Part shown: piece after piece, positions 19,348 through 29,701 of the stretch
Numbering within the stretch: the first letter of the stretch is position 1
Layout: each line of letters starts with the position of its first letter
Source: Thecamonas trahens ATCC 50062
Taxonomy: Eukaryota; Protista; Apusomonadida
Assembly (NCBI RefSeq): GCF_000142905.1
Contig: NW_013657672.1
Location: forward strand, 390,244-454,243
Length of the DNA: 64,000 bases
Direction: 5' to 3'
Notes under the pieces: generated by a model
The model's input: only the letters and a program-made list of their open reading frames with translations
Told to the model about the DNA's origin: nothing
Databases searched by the model: none
Program-made: the position numbers and the translations under genes

Positions 19348-19684
19348 GTTTTCCTTCCCTCCTCCCCCTCCCCCTCCCCCTCCCCTTGCTCCACCCGCAC
19401 TCACCTGCACTCTCCTCTGGACGCATAGACCCTCATCAGGTGATGGAACGCCCCTGGTCACTGGAAACAGACGGCCAGTGGTAGTGGGAAGGAGCCGGCG
19501 GCCCTGCTGTCAACTGGGCGCCATCCGGCGCTCCTTCCTGCCGCCTCGACTGCACCCGACTGCCCTCCACTGGCTGTGTGGAGGGTCCTCTATGACCAGG
19601 TCTTCTTCTGGGTACGTATCTCTTTCCGACTCTCTCGCGCGCACACACGCTCTCTCCCCCTGCCCCCTGTGCCCCTGCGCCGCC

Positions 19685-19770
19685 AAGGACCTGTGATGTT
19701 ATACACCTTTCGGGACTGATAAGTTATGCTTTGTGCGACAAACTACATACCAAGATCGCTGAGGATCCTT
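19685..19770 (+). ncRNA. Box C/D snoRNA, dual guide (snR39B/SNORD2-type D' guide plus U24-type D guide), copy 1
   Basis: Stem AAGGA/TCCTT, C box GTGATGT (19693), D' CTGA (19716), D CTGA (19759). Guides CACCTTTCGGGA and ACCAAGATCG are complementary to LSU CCCGAAAG and GAUCUUGGU. Confidence 0.85.
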
Positions 19771-19990
19771 GCCGCGCACCCTTGCTTGCCGCACACCTCC
19801 CCACCTCCCCTCTGTCATCCACTCACATGCACACGCACCCTGCCTCCTCCACCACTGCTACAGACCTTGCCGAGTTCGCGGTTGCAATAACACCACTCTC
19901 ATTCATGTTCGTGATGGTTTGTCTCGCGAGCTGCGCATGCTCACTGCAAAGGTACACCGCAGCATTGACCCTCTCCTCCCCCCCTTGTCT

Positions 19991-20075
19991 AGGAACAATG
20001 ATGCAATATACCTTTCGGGACTGATAAGTTATGCTTTGTGACGACAAACTACATACCAAGATCGCTGAGGTTCCT
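19991..20075 (+). ncRNA. Box C/D snoRNA, dual guide (snR39B/SNORD2-type plus U24-type), copy 2
   Basis: Stem AGGAAC/GTTCCT, C box ATGATGC (19998), D' CTGA (20021), C' GTGACGA (20038), D CTGA (20065). Core is near-identical to copy 1 with unrelated flanks. Confidence 0.88.
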
Positions 20076-20632
20076 TTCCACACTCCCTTCCTGCTCCCCC
20101 CTCCCCCCGTCGCGCGCGGCTGCGCTCCACCTCCTTGCATCCCAACTCACCATCACTCCATCACAGGTAGCCGAAAGGATTCACAAGTACAACGCAGGTG
20201 CTTAAATACACACACACACTCGGTTGCCGGCCGAGCGGTCGCTCCGCTGACTCGACGGCTTGAGACTTTCTCGCATTTACTGTGCTGACCATCTTTGCCT
20301 CTACATCATGGCAATTGGCACGGTGAACCGCGTGTACTTGAGCGCCCATCGATAGCTCGATAGCTCGCATACACACGATATCAAGGCAAGAATTGGGCGC
20401 GCAGATGGCGCCCGTCGTCGTCATCGTCGCGCATCGTCATCAGAAAGGGTGAGCAGGTGGGATTCCGCTCCGTCGGAGCCGACTGTGTCGACGCCATGGG
20501 AGCTCTTTGCAAAGTATGGTGTCAGCCACTTCGCTTCGCTCAGCCGGCCGCGAGTGTTGGCGACTCGTAGCAGTGGCGGCAACAGATGCAACTCTATTGT
20601 TGACGATGGTACGGCGGAGGTTCATTCGTCTG

Positions 20633-22985
20633 TCAGCGCCGGTGAGCCGGAGAGTTGGAGTCGAGCGGAGCAAAGAACCGCGGAGCCTTGACGGGCTCGA
20701 GGATGTTACGGCTCTTGGTCGGGCGCGACGGGATCGAGTCCCGGGCCTGCTCTGAGCCAGGATCGACCGGAATGCGCGGGAGCGCGTCTGTGGTGGGGTC
20801 GGGTTCCGACTCGCCATCGGCCATGGCAGCCTCGGCGAGCTGGGCGCGGCGGAGGCGGGTGTGTGCCGACTGAATAGTGTCAAAGTGGGCCAGAAGGGCA
20901 GGCAAGTCGGCGCTTGGCGATGAACTAGCACGGAGCGGATCGGGCTGCGGCTGCGCGGCGCGCGGCGCAAGGGCTGCAGCGCCGGCGGGAGCGCCCGACG
21001 TGGTGAGGGCCGACGCAGCCTGCAGGCGTGTGGCGAGGGCAACGTACGCCGACGACTGCGGGAGGAGCATGAGGAGGCCGTAGAGGGCGTGAAAGAGGAA
21101 CGGATGGACAAGCGGCTTGAGCAGCTGGAGGCGGAGGCGGGCAAAGACCGGTGACTCGAGGAGCTGGATGAGCTTGTCGACCTGGACAAGGAGTTTGACG
21201 GTCACCTCGAGCTCACCAAACTTTTGGATGAGCTCAGTGGCGGTCTCGTAAGCCTGCGAGAGAGCACAGAGGGCAAAGGCGGCGACCGGATCGTGGCACC
21301 ATGCATTGAAGAGAACAACAAAGAGGTCGATGCCGGATCGGGACGGCGCGGCGTCGACGCTTGCGTCGGCAGGCGATGCGCCCATGGCCGCGAGCTTGGC
21401 GCGGAGCTGGACAAGCTCGGGTGCAGTGAGGAGGATGAGGTTGAGCTTGGCAACAAGGCTAGAGGCAAAGTCGAGGTGCGGAGAGGGAGCAAGGATGGTG
21501 GCAAACTCGACGTAGATGTCCTCAGCGTCAAGAAAGACGGCGAGCTGGCGGACAATAAGTGTGGCTCGCTCGCCGACCAGCTCGGGTGAGGAGTGGAACA
21601 TGGAGACGAGCTGGAACATGAACGACTCAAAGTACGAGCGCTTGAACGAGCAGAGCTTGGAGAGGACCTCGAGGACGAGTTTGACGACCTTGACGGACGG
21701 GTCGTGGAGGGCGGTGAGGAGAGCTTCGACAAGGTGGTCCATCTCGCCGGCGACCGAGTCGGGCGACTTGAGGTGGAGCATGAGGATCCAGCGGAGCGCC
21801 GAAGTCCGGGTTGTGGCCCACGGGTTGGAGAGCTGCGATGTGGCTGTGCGGATGAGCGGAGCAAAGTCAAAGGCCTCTTCGGTGACCGACATGAGCGCGA
21901 GCAGATGCTGGTTGACGTGGATGGCGGCGAGTGTGATCTCCTCGACCTCGTGCGAGAGGCATGGCAGGACGTTGCCGAGAAGCGGGGCGACAAAGGGAAT
22001 GATGATGGAGCCACCCATGATGATAAACTTGGAGGCCCAGAGGAGGGCAGTGAGCTGGGTAAACTCACAGTCGGAGCCGGTGTGCTCGACAATGATGGGG
22101 ACCATGGCTTCAAAGTCGACGGCAGCCTCTGCGTCGGCCTCCTCGATCTCGCGAAGAAACTCAGCGAGCGCGCCGTCGGCGAGCCGACGGATCTCGGCGT
22201 TGACGTCCGCAAGGGCGGCATAGAGGCCTGGGAGAAGGGCCGGGAGGTGGTCGAGCAGGTCGATCTGGACCGAGTCGAGCATGGTGATCCAGTTGATGAG
22301 TGCCTGCCGCTGCCATGGGTTCTCGGTCTCGAGCCGCGTCGTCATGAGCTCGATGAGCGCCGAAACTGCGACGTCGTCGATCTCGGCCTCGGCCACAATG
22401 TCCTTCATCAGCCGGTCGAGCAGCTGTGCACCCGACCGGACAGCCTGGTCCGAGTCAGCGGTGAGCTTGAGGAGGCCGTCAAAGAGCTCGTTAAGGTACT
22501 CCATGATGGAGCCGCGCCCGACCTTGGCCACGTTGTACATTGATTCGAGGGCGTAGTACCGGACCCGCGCATCGGCATCGCCAAACGACCGCAAGACCGG
22601 CGGGACGAGGGCCGGCAGGTACGGGGCCACAAGAGTCGACGACAGGCCGATGGCCACAGCGGCAAGGCCGATGAGTCCGCCCTTGCGGGCGTTGGGCTGA
22701 GTGTTGGTCACGAACCGGGTGGTAAGGTCATCGATGATCTGTACAGGCAAGCGGTGAGTGTGGTTGCCGTTGGAGGGAGAGAGGAAGCGAGTGGTAGAGG
22801 GGGGGGGAGGGGGGAGGGGGGGGGGGGGGTGGAGAGGGTCGTACCGAGTGGACAAGGTTGGTCTTCTTGGTCCGCGCATACTCGCGGGTAAGCTGCTCTA
22901 TCTGGAGGGCCACTAGCTTGCGCTTCTCGTACACCTTGTCAGAAAGCCCGCGCAGCTGTGGCTGCGTGAGCACTGACTCGGTCAT
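20633..22985 (-). CDS. VAC14: Vac14 (PIKfyve/Fab1 complex HEAT scaffold); exons 22985-22845 and 22738-20633
   Basis: LSDKVYEKRKLVALQIEQL, NARKGGLIGLAAVAIGL, RVRYYALESMYNVAKV, GAQLLDRLMKDIV, VDKLIQLLESPVFARLRLQLL, LYGLLMLLPQSSAY. Phase-0 intron GTACGA..CACTCAC..CAG joins the two ORF-track pieces. Confidence 0.95.
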
Positions 22986-23124
22986 GGTGTGGTGGTGTGG
23001 TGTGGTGGTGTGGTGTGGTGTGGTGTGGTGTGGGGTGCGGCGGGCGGTGGGCGGTGGGTGGTGGGCGGCGTGTGTGCGTGTGCGTGTGCGTGTGATCTGG
23101 AGGAGATCGGCATGTTCAATGATG

Positions 23125-25710
23125 TCAAGGGCCTGCAGGCGATGCGGCGAGCTTGGCATCGTCATCATCGGGCAAGGGTGGGTCTTGTGTCGGGGCGGGG
23201 GTGGGCTCTTGGGCAGGCTCTTGGGTGTTGGAGGTAGAGTCAGAGTTGGAGGCGTCAGCAGGAGGGTTGGGGCCAGGAGCTGCCTCTGCATCGTGGCCGG
23301 CGCCGTCGTTGTCTCCATCGTTGTCTCCATAATCTTTGGCGGAACCATGCGCCTCGGTGGGTTCGGAAATGCTGGCACTGGCACTGGGGCCGTCAGGATC
23401 GGCGTCGGCGTCAGCATTGACGAAAAGGGCGTCGAGCTGTGGGTACTTTTCCTCGAGGTCGGCGAGAGTGAGGTTGGAGTAGTCGAGCGGGCTCTTGCCG
23501 TTCTTGTCGCAGACCGAGAGATCTGCTCCCGACTTGGTGAGGAGGGACATGAGCGAGACATAACCCTTAAAGGAGGCGATGTGAAGGGCGGTCTGGCCGT
23601 TTGTGCGGACAATGTTGACCGAGCATCCGGCCTTGATGAGGGCAACGGCGACGTTGACGTGGCCCTTTGAGGCGGCGATGTAAAGCGGGGTGGCCTTGGA
23701 GTCCTCGACAGCGTTGACGTCGGCGCCGCCTGCCACGAGGGTGGCGATGCACGAGGCGTGGCCCTCCTGGGCGGCGATGTGGAGCGGCGACCAGCCGTTG
23801 CGCTTGCGGATGTTGACCGAGGCGCCGGCAGCGACGAGGGTCTTGAGCACGCCGACGTGTCCACCGCGGGCGGCAATGTACATGGGCGTCTCGAGCGAGT
23901 CCTCGATGGCGTCGGGTACAGCGCCGGCGTCAAGGAGAGCACGGGTGACGTCGGCACGGCCCTCCTGGGCGGCGTAGTGCAGTGGAGTCATGCCGTCGCC
24001 ATCCTGGATCTCGAGCGGGGCCGAGGCGGCCAGGAGGGAAGCGACGACAGCGGTGTGGCCCTTGTACGACGCAATGTGCAACGGGGTCTGGCCCTTGGAG
24101 CGCTGGTGGCTCGGGTTGGCACCCGCGGCGAGGAGCAGGTCTAGGGCCGGGGCGTGGCCCTCGCGGGCGGCGACGTAGAGCGGGGTCTCGAGAGCGTCCT
24201 CAGGAATGTCGACCTGGGCGCCGCCGTCGAGCAGGAGGCGGACCACCTCTGTGTGGCCCTCCTGAGCGGCGTAGTGCAGCGGAGTCATGCCCTCCGAGTC
24301 CTTGTCGTCGACTTCGACGCCTGCACCGAGCAAGGCGTCGACGATGCCGGCGTAGCCCTTGTAGGCGGTGATGTGGAGGGCGGTCTGGCCCTCTTTCTTG
24401 GAGCTGACCGACGAGCCGGCAGCAAGGAGAGCCTTGACAAGGGTGACATGGCCCTTGGAGGCGGCAATGTAGAGCGGGATGGCGTCCGTTCGCTCGCGGG
24501 CGTTGACATCAGCGCCGGCTGTGAGCAGCTCGGCGACAACATCCTCGTGGCCGCCTTGGGCAGCGATGTGGAGAGCGGACCAGCCGTCTTCGTCGGTGGT
24601 GTTGACGTCGGCGCCGGCTTTGAGCAAGGCTTGGGTCATGACGACCGAGCCCTTAAAGGCGGCAATGTACAGCGGGGTCTGGCGGTTGCGGGCCACGGCG
24701 TCGACGTTGGCGCCGGCCTCGAGGAGAGCCTGGACGACTGGGGTGTGTAGGGTGTTGACGGCGTAGTGAAGAGCGGTGAGGCCGTCGCCATCTGCAGCGT
24801 TGATGTCGACGGGCGCGACAGGGCCATCGGACGTGGTGAGGGAGCGGACAAGCGGGGTGCGGCCGTACATGGCGGCGTGATGGAGAACGGTGAGGCCCAT
24901 CGAGTCGGTAACGGCGCCCGGCAGGCCAAGGCCGAGCAGCCACTCTACGAGATCCCACGAGTCGCGGGCGGCGAGCGAGGCGACGTGCGCGGCAAAACCA
25001 AGCATGTCGAGCAGAGCGCGGGTGTGGACGACGGGTGAGTCACGCGGCGCCCAGGCCAGCTCCCACATGTACGACTGGACAAACGAGCGCAGGTCGACAA
25101 ACTTGTCCGACGCCGTCCGGCCGAGCAGAGGGAGGCGGATGCCCAGCGGGCCGGCAATGTCGGCGATGGCCGAGTGGGTGGCAACAAGGTCGGCGTGGGT
25201 GACAGGGCGATCCCACTTGAACGATGGCGCTACCACGGTGAGCATGTACTTGGTCTTGTCAGCAGCCTTTTTGGGCACGGGCCCGTTGAGGGAGACCGAG
25301 ACCCAGAAGAGCGGGACGGCGCCGCCTGCCGCAGTGTGCTGCGGCGGCTCGGCGGCCCAGCCCTGCAGAGCAACGCACGATGCTTCGTAGGCGGCGCGAG
25401 CTTGATCAAGAGCGCCGGTCCAGGCGGTCATCTCGGACGGTGAGCCAGCCTGGAAGAGGTAGACGCGGAGCGAGGTCTCGACAGCAAAGACGAACTCACG
25501 CTTCTTGGGTGGAGGGTCACACACGGCGACCGCGATGACTGAGTCGAGCGGGATGCAGCCGGCCGGCTCTGCATCGTCGTCCTTCTTGAAGTAGTACACA
25601 AAGTTGGTGGTCAGCACCACATACCGTCGCTTCCATGACTTGCGCACCGCGCCCTGCTTGTGGAGAAAGCCCTCTTTCAGCACGGGCGTCAGGAACCGCT
25701 GTCCACTCAT
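23125..25710 (-). CDS. PH domain, possible PX-like domain and about 14 ankyrin repeats with acidic tail
   Basis: KEGFLHKQGAVRKSWKRRYVVL...EMTAWTGAL (PH); repeated GxTPLH/YxAA..GH..VV.LL..GA.VN (ankyrin). Confidence 0.92.
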   Translation of the reverse strand: MSGQRFLTPVLKEGFLHKQGAVRKSWKRRYVVLTTNFVYYFKKDDDAEPAGCIPLDSVIAVAVCDPPPKKREFVFAVETSLRVYLFQAGSPSEMTAWTGALDQARAAYEASCVALQGWAAEPPQHTAAGGAVPLFWVSVSLNGPVPKKAADKTKYMLTVVAPSFKWDRPVTHADLVATHSAIADIAGPLGIRLPLLGRTASDKFVDLRSFVQSYMWELAWAPRDSPVVHTRALLDMLGFAAHVASLAARDSWDLVEWLLGLGLPGAVTDSMGLTVLHHAAMYGRTPLVRSLTTSDGPVAPVDINAADGDGLTALHYAVNTLHTPVVQALLEAGANVDAVARNRQTPLYIAAFKGSVVMTQALLKAGADVNTTDEDGWSALHIAAQGGHEDVVAELLTAGADVNARERTDAIPLYIAASKGHVTLVKALLAAGSSVSSKKEGQTALHITAYKGYAGIVDALLGAGVEVDDKDSEGMTPLHYAAQEGHTEVVRLLLDGGAQVDIPEDALETPLYVAAREGHAPALDLLLAAGANPSHQRSKGQTPLHIASYKGHTAVVASLLAASAPLEIQDGDGMTPLHYAAQEGRADVTRALLDAGAVPDAIEDSLETPMYIAARGGHVGVLKTLVAAGASVNIRKRNGWSPLHIAAQEGHASCIATLVAGGADVNAVEDSKATPLYIAASKGHVNVAVALIKAGCSVNIVRTNGQTALHIASFKGYVSLMSLLTKSGADLSVCDKNGKSPLDYSNLTLADLEEKYPQLDALFVNADADADPDGPSASASISEPTEAHGSAKDYGDNDGDNDGAGHDAEAAPGPNPPADASNSDSTSNTQEPAQEPTPAPTQDPPLPDDDDAKLAASPAGP

Positions 25711-26247
25711 GGGTTGGGAGAGCGGGGTGTGGCGGTGGTTGTGGTGGTTGTGGTGTGTATGTGTGTGTGCGGAGTGGGGGAGTGTGTGTGTGTGGGGGGG
25801 ATGGCCTGATGGGGGGAGTAGTGGTTGTGGTTGTGTGGTTGTGTGAGTGTGTGTATGTGGAGTGGTGTGTGGAGTGCGTGTGCGTGTGGAGGTGTGCGGG
25901 GGAGGTGGCTGTTGGCTGTTGGCTGTTGGCTGTCGGCTGTTCGCTGTTGGCTGTCATTCTCCAACCTCCGCGTTTTGGTTTTATCGCATGCCAGTTCGTC
26001 GCTGTGCCGTTCCGGGGCAATGTATTTCGCCGTCTGACCAGGTGGGGAAGGGGGGGGGGGAGGAGGCACGAGGATACTTGTCTTCACGGGCGAAAGAGGA
26101 GGGCGTGCATATTGCTGGCGATGTCGCGTATGTGGGATGTGTGGACTGGGATGGGTGGGCTGGGTGGGATGGATGGCGTGATGGGTGTGTGATGGGTGTG
26201 GGGTGGGGTGGGTGGGGGGGGGGGGGGTGAGGTGGCGAGGGCGGGCA

Positions 26248-29200
26248 TGTTCTATGGCTGGCGGTTGGGGCTCACTCGGCAGAAGGAGGTGGATGTAGGC
26301 GTCAAAACGGCTGCACAGGGCACAGTTGCCGAGGTGGAGACGATTCAGGGTGAAGATGCTCTCGAGGCGCCTTTGCTGGAGCTGGTGCTCAAGCCAGAGC
26401 AGCAGGCCGAGGTGCGTCTGCCGGTGGCGGCGATGACACCTCCGGCGATCGCGGCGCCAGCTGGCGCGGTGGGGGCGCCAGTCTTCTCGATGACCACCGT
26501 TGCCATGATCGACGGCCTGGTCGAGGCATGCAGTGACGATGACGATGGGGCCTATGTGTCGAAACCAGTGCTGAGCTTGGCGCAGCGCGCTGCACTTCGC
26601 AAGGCCAAGATGGAGAGGGAGGCCAAGGTTGCAGAGGCGCGTGCGATGGGCGCGCAGCTGAGGGCGGCGCGTGAGGCTGCAGCTGTGGCTGAAGCCCAGG
26701 CAGAGCCGGTTCAGGAGGAGCCGGAGCACTCGCAGACGCCGAAGCGCGGGCAGCCAAGGCCGCACTGGAAGAGGCCAAGATGGCGTTTGCCGAAGTGTGG
26801 ATGCAACAACGGCAGCCAGTGTACAGAGTGCCGGCGATACAACCGCGGCAGTGGCAGCAACCAGTGTACAGAGTGCAGGCGCGACGGCTGCACGCACAGG
26901 CGCGGCTCGCCATCGTCACCGTCCTGGCCCAGCAGGGCGCGACTGGCGGTGGCGGTGGCTTCGATCCGACTCCGATCGGGGTCGGAATCGACTCGGACGA
27001 CACGTCGTCAGGAACCGATGTCGTCAACATGGCCAACTGGACGGACTCGGACTCGACGATGAGCGCAAGCGATGCGCCTCTGGCAACAGCCATGTTTGGA
27101 GGAGGCGGCGGAGGCGGCGGAGGCGGCGGAGGTGGCGGGGATGGGTCTTGGAGCAGTTTGAGCGGCTCGGAATCTGATTGGAACGGCAGCCTGGACTCGG
27201 ACTCGGGGGAGACCCGAGCTCCCGGCCAGGAACTGGAGACCGAGTCAGAATCAAGCTCAGCAGCAACGCGGGCGCCCATGTCACGGCGCAGCGGGGGCGG
27301 CAGCGGAGGCGGCGGTGGCGGCAGCGGTGGCGGTGGCTGGTCCAGCAGCGGATCGGACTCCGAGTCTAGTTCCGACTCGTCAGTGCCGACACGCACGGGT
27401 GGGTTGAGACATACTGCAGCGGATGGAGGACATGATGCATTCAGTGGAAGTCGTGTCGTGCACAGCTGCGACGCGTCTGGCGGTGGAGGCAGTCGTTTCC
27501 TCTCTGGACGTGGTATTCTAGCTGGAGGCCGCTACACTCCGAGCAGTGGTGCGCTTGCGGGCGATGACGGCCATGCCATGCGTGCCGGCGATGGCGTTCG
27601 TTACATCCCGAGCGGTGGCGTGTCTGGTGGCGACGGCGGTCGTTACATCCTGAGCGGTGGTGCGTCTGCTGGTGATGGCGGCCACTACGTGTCTGGTGGC
27701 GACGGCGGTCGCTACGTGGCCGGCGGTGGTATGTCTGCTGGTGATGGCGACCATGCCATGCGTGCCGGTGATGGCGTTCGTTACATCCCGAGCGGTGGCG
27801 TGTCTGGTGGCGACGGCGGTCGTTACATCCTGAGCGGTGGTGCGTCTGCTGGTGATGGCGGCCACTACGTGTCTGGTGGCGACGGCGGTCGCTACGTGGC
27901 CGGCGGTGGTATGTCTGCTGGTGATGGCGGNNNNNNNNNNNNNNNNNNNNNNNNNNNNNNNNNNNNNNNNNNNNNNNNNNNNNNNNNNNNNNNNNNNNNN
28001 NNNNNNNNNNNNNNNNNNNNNNNNNNNNNNTCCTGAGCGGTGGTGCGTCTGCTGGTGATGGCGGCCACTACGGGGCTGGTGGCGACGGCGGTCGCTACGT
28101 GGCCGGCGGTGGTATGTCTGCTGGTGATGGCGACCATGCCATGCGTGCCGGTGATGGCGTTCGTTACATCCCGAGCGGTGGCGTGTCTGGTGGCGACGGC
28201 GGTCGTTACATCCTGAGCGGTGGTGCGTCTGCTGGTGATGGCGGCCACTACGTGTCTGGTGGCGACGGCGGTCGCTACGTGGCCGGCGGTGGTATGTCTG
28301 CTGGTGATGGCGACCATGCCATGCGTGCCGGTGATGGCGTTCGTTACATCCCGAGCGGTGGCGTGTCTGGTGGCGACGGCGGTCGTTACATCCTGAGCGG
28401 TGGTGCGTCTGCTGGTGATGGCGGCCACTACGTGTCTGGTGGCGACGGCGGTCGCTACGTGGCCGGCGGTGGTATGTCTGCTGGTGATGGCGACCATGCC
28501 ATGCGTGCCGGTGATGGCGTTCGTTACATCCCGAGCGGTGGCGTGTCTGGTGGCGACGGCGGTCGTTACATCCTGAGCGGTGGTGCGTCTGCTGGTGATG
28601 GCGGTCGCTACGTGGCCGGCGGTGGTATCCCTGCTGGTGATGGCGACCATGCCATGCGTGCCGGTGATGGCGTTCGTTACATCCCGAGCGGTGGCGTGTC
28701 TGGTGGCGACGGCGGTCGTTACATCCTGAGCGGTGGTGCGTCTGCTGGTGATGGCGGTCGCTACGTGGCCGGCGGTGGTATCCCTGCTGGTGATGGCGAC
28801 CATGCCATGCGTGCCGGTGATGGCGTTCGTTACATCCCGAGCGGTGGCGTGTCTGGTGGCGACGGCGGTCGTTACATCCTGAGCGGTGGTGCGTCTGCTG
28901 GTGATGGCGGCCACTACGTGTCTGGTGGCGACGGCGGTCGCTACGTGGCCGGCGGTGGTATGTCTGCTGGTGATGGCGACCATGCCATGCGTGCCGGTGA
29001 TGGCGTTCGTTACATCCCGAGCGGTGGCGTGTCTGGTGGCGACGGCGGTCGTTACATCCTGAGCGGTGGTGCGTCTGCTGGTGATGGCGGCCACTACGTG
29101 TCTGGTGGCGACGGCGGTCGCTACGTGGCCGGCGGTGGTATCCCTGCTGGTGATGGCGGCCATGCCATGCGTGCTGGCAATGGCGGCCACTACATCCTGG

Positions 29201-29661
29201 GTGGTGGCGTGTCTGGTGGCGACGGCGGCCACTACGCGTCCGGCCACGGCACATCTGCCGGCCACGGCGGCCATGCCATGCCTACCGGTGATGGTGATCC
29301 ACACGTGCATGACAGTGGTATCCCTGCGGGAGATGGCGGTCGCTACATTGCAACCAGTGGTGTATCTGCTGGCCACAGGGTTCACCACATCTCGAGCAAT
29401 GACGCCACCGCCGGCGACGGTGCTTGTTACGTGTCCCGCTGTGGTGACTCTGGTGGTGATCGTGACCGCCTCGTCCCAGGCGGAAGTGACGATGGCGGGC
29501 TCATCTCCCCCAGCGCCAACGACCATTCTGCCACCGACCCACACCTTGATCCGGCCACCAGGCTCCCGCTTGCCTCGCCCTCGACCCGCCCACGTCCGGG
29601 TGACATTGTTCTTGTTCCATTCCCGGGCGCCCTCCCCACCGGCCTGCACCCACACCCGTAG
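26248..29661 (+). CDS. Hypothetical low-complexity protein (coiled coil, Ser/Gly-rich region, Gly-rich 60-aa repeats); inferred frameshift near 26715 and an assembly gap
   Basis: ORFs 26196-27062, 26780-28036 and 28099-29661 join plausibly; the Ala/Glu/Lys helical sequence continues across the frame change (AEARAAKAALEEAKMAF). No family recognised. Confidence 0.5.
27560..29340. repeat. Coding tandem repeat with 180-bp units, 153-bp variants and internal sub-repeats
   Basis: Identical sequence lines at 28081, 28261 and 28441; two units lack a 27-bp segment; degenerate units at both edges. Confidence 0.95.
27931..28030. other. Assembly gap (100 N)
   Basis: N run inside the tandem repeat. Confidence 1.
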
Positions 29662-29701
29662 CCCAGGTGAAGACCACTCCACTTGCATCTCTTCCTCTCT
29701 C

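Larger units (their letters stand above)
18960..20200 (+). ncRNA. Putative spliced non-coding snoRNA host gene (ends approximate)
   Basis: Candidate introns 18972-19428 (GTACGC..CACTCAC..TAG), 19612-19863 (GTACGT..CACTCAC..CAG) and 19952-20166 (GTACAC..AACTCAC..CAG), each holding one C/D snoRNA. The spliced ATG (18969) frame gives only MTLIR-stop. Confidence 0.6.

Noticed and set aside
19430-19540. Hairpins that might be H/ACA snoRNAs
   Set aside because: No properly placed H and ACA boxes identified; GC-rich sequence folds easily
29066-29701. N-terminal extension of the ADP-ribosylglycohydrolase ORF
   Set aside because: It is an alternative frame of the upstream repeat gene; the ATG at 29702 directly precedes the domain
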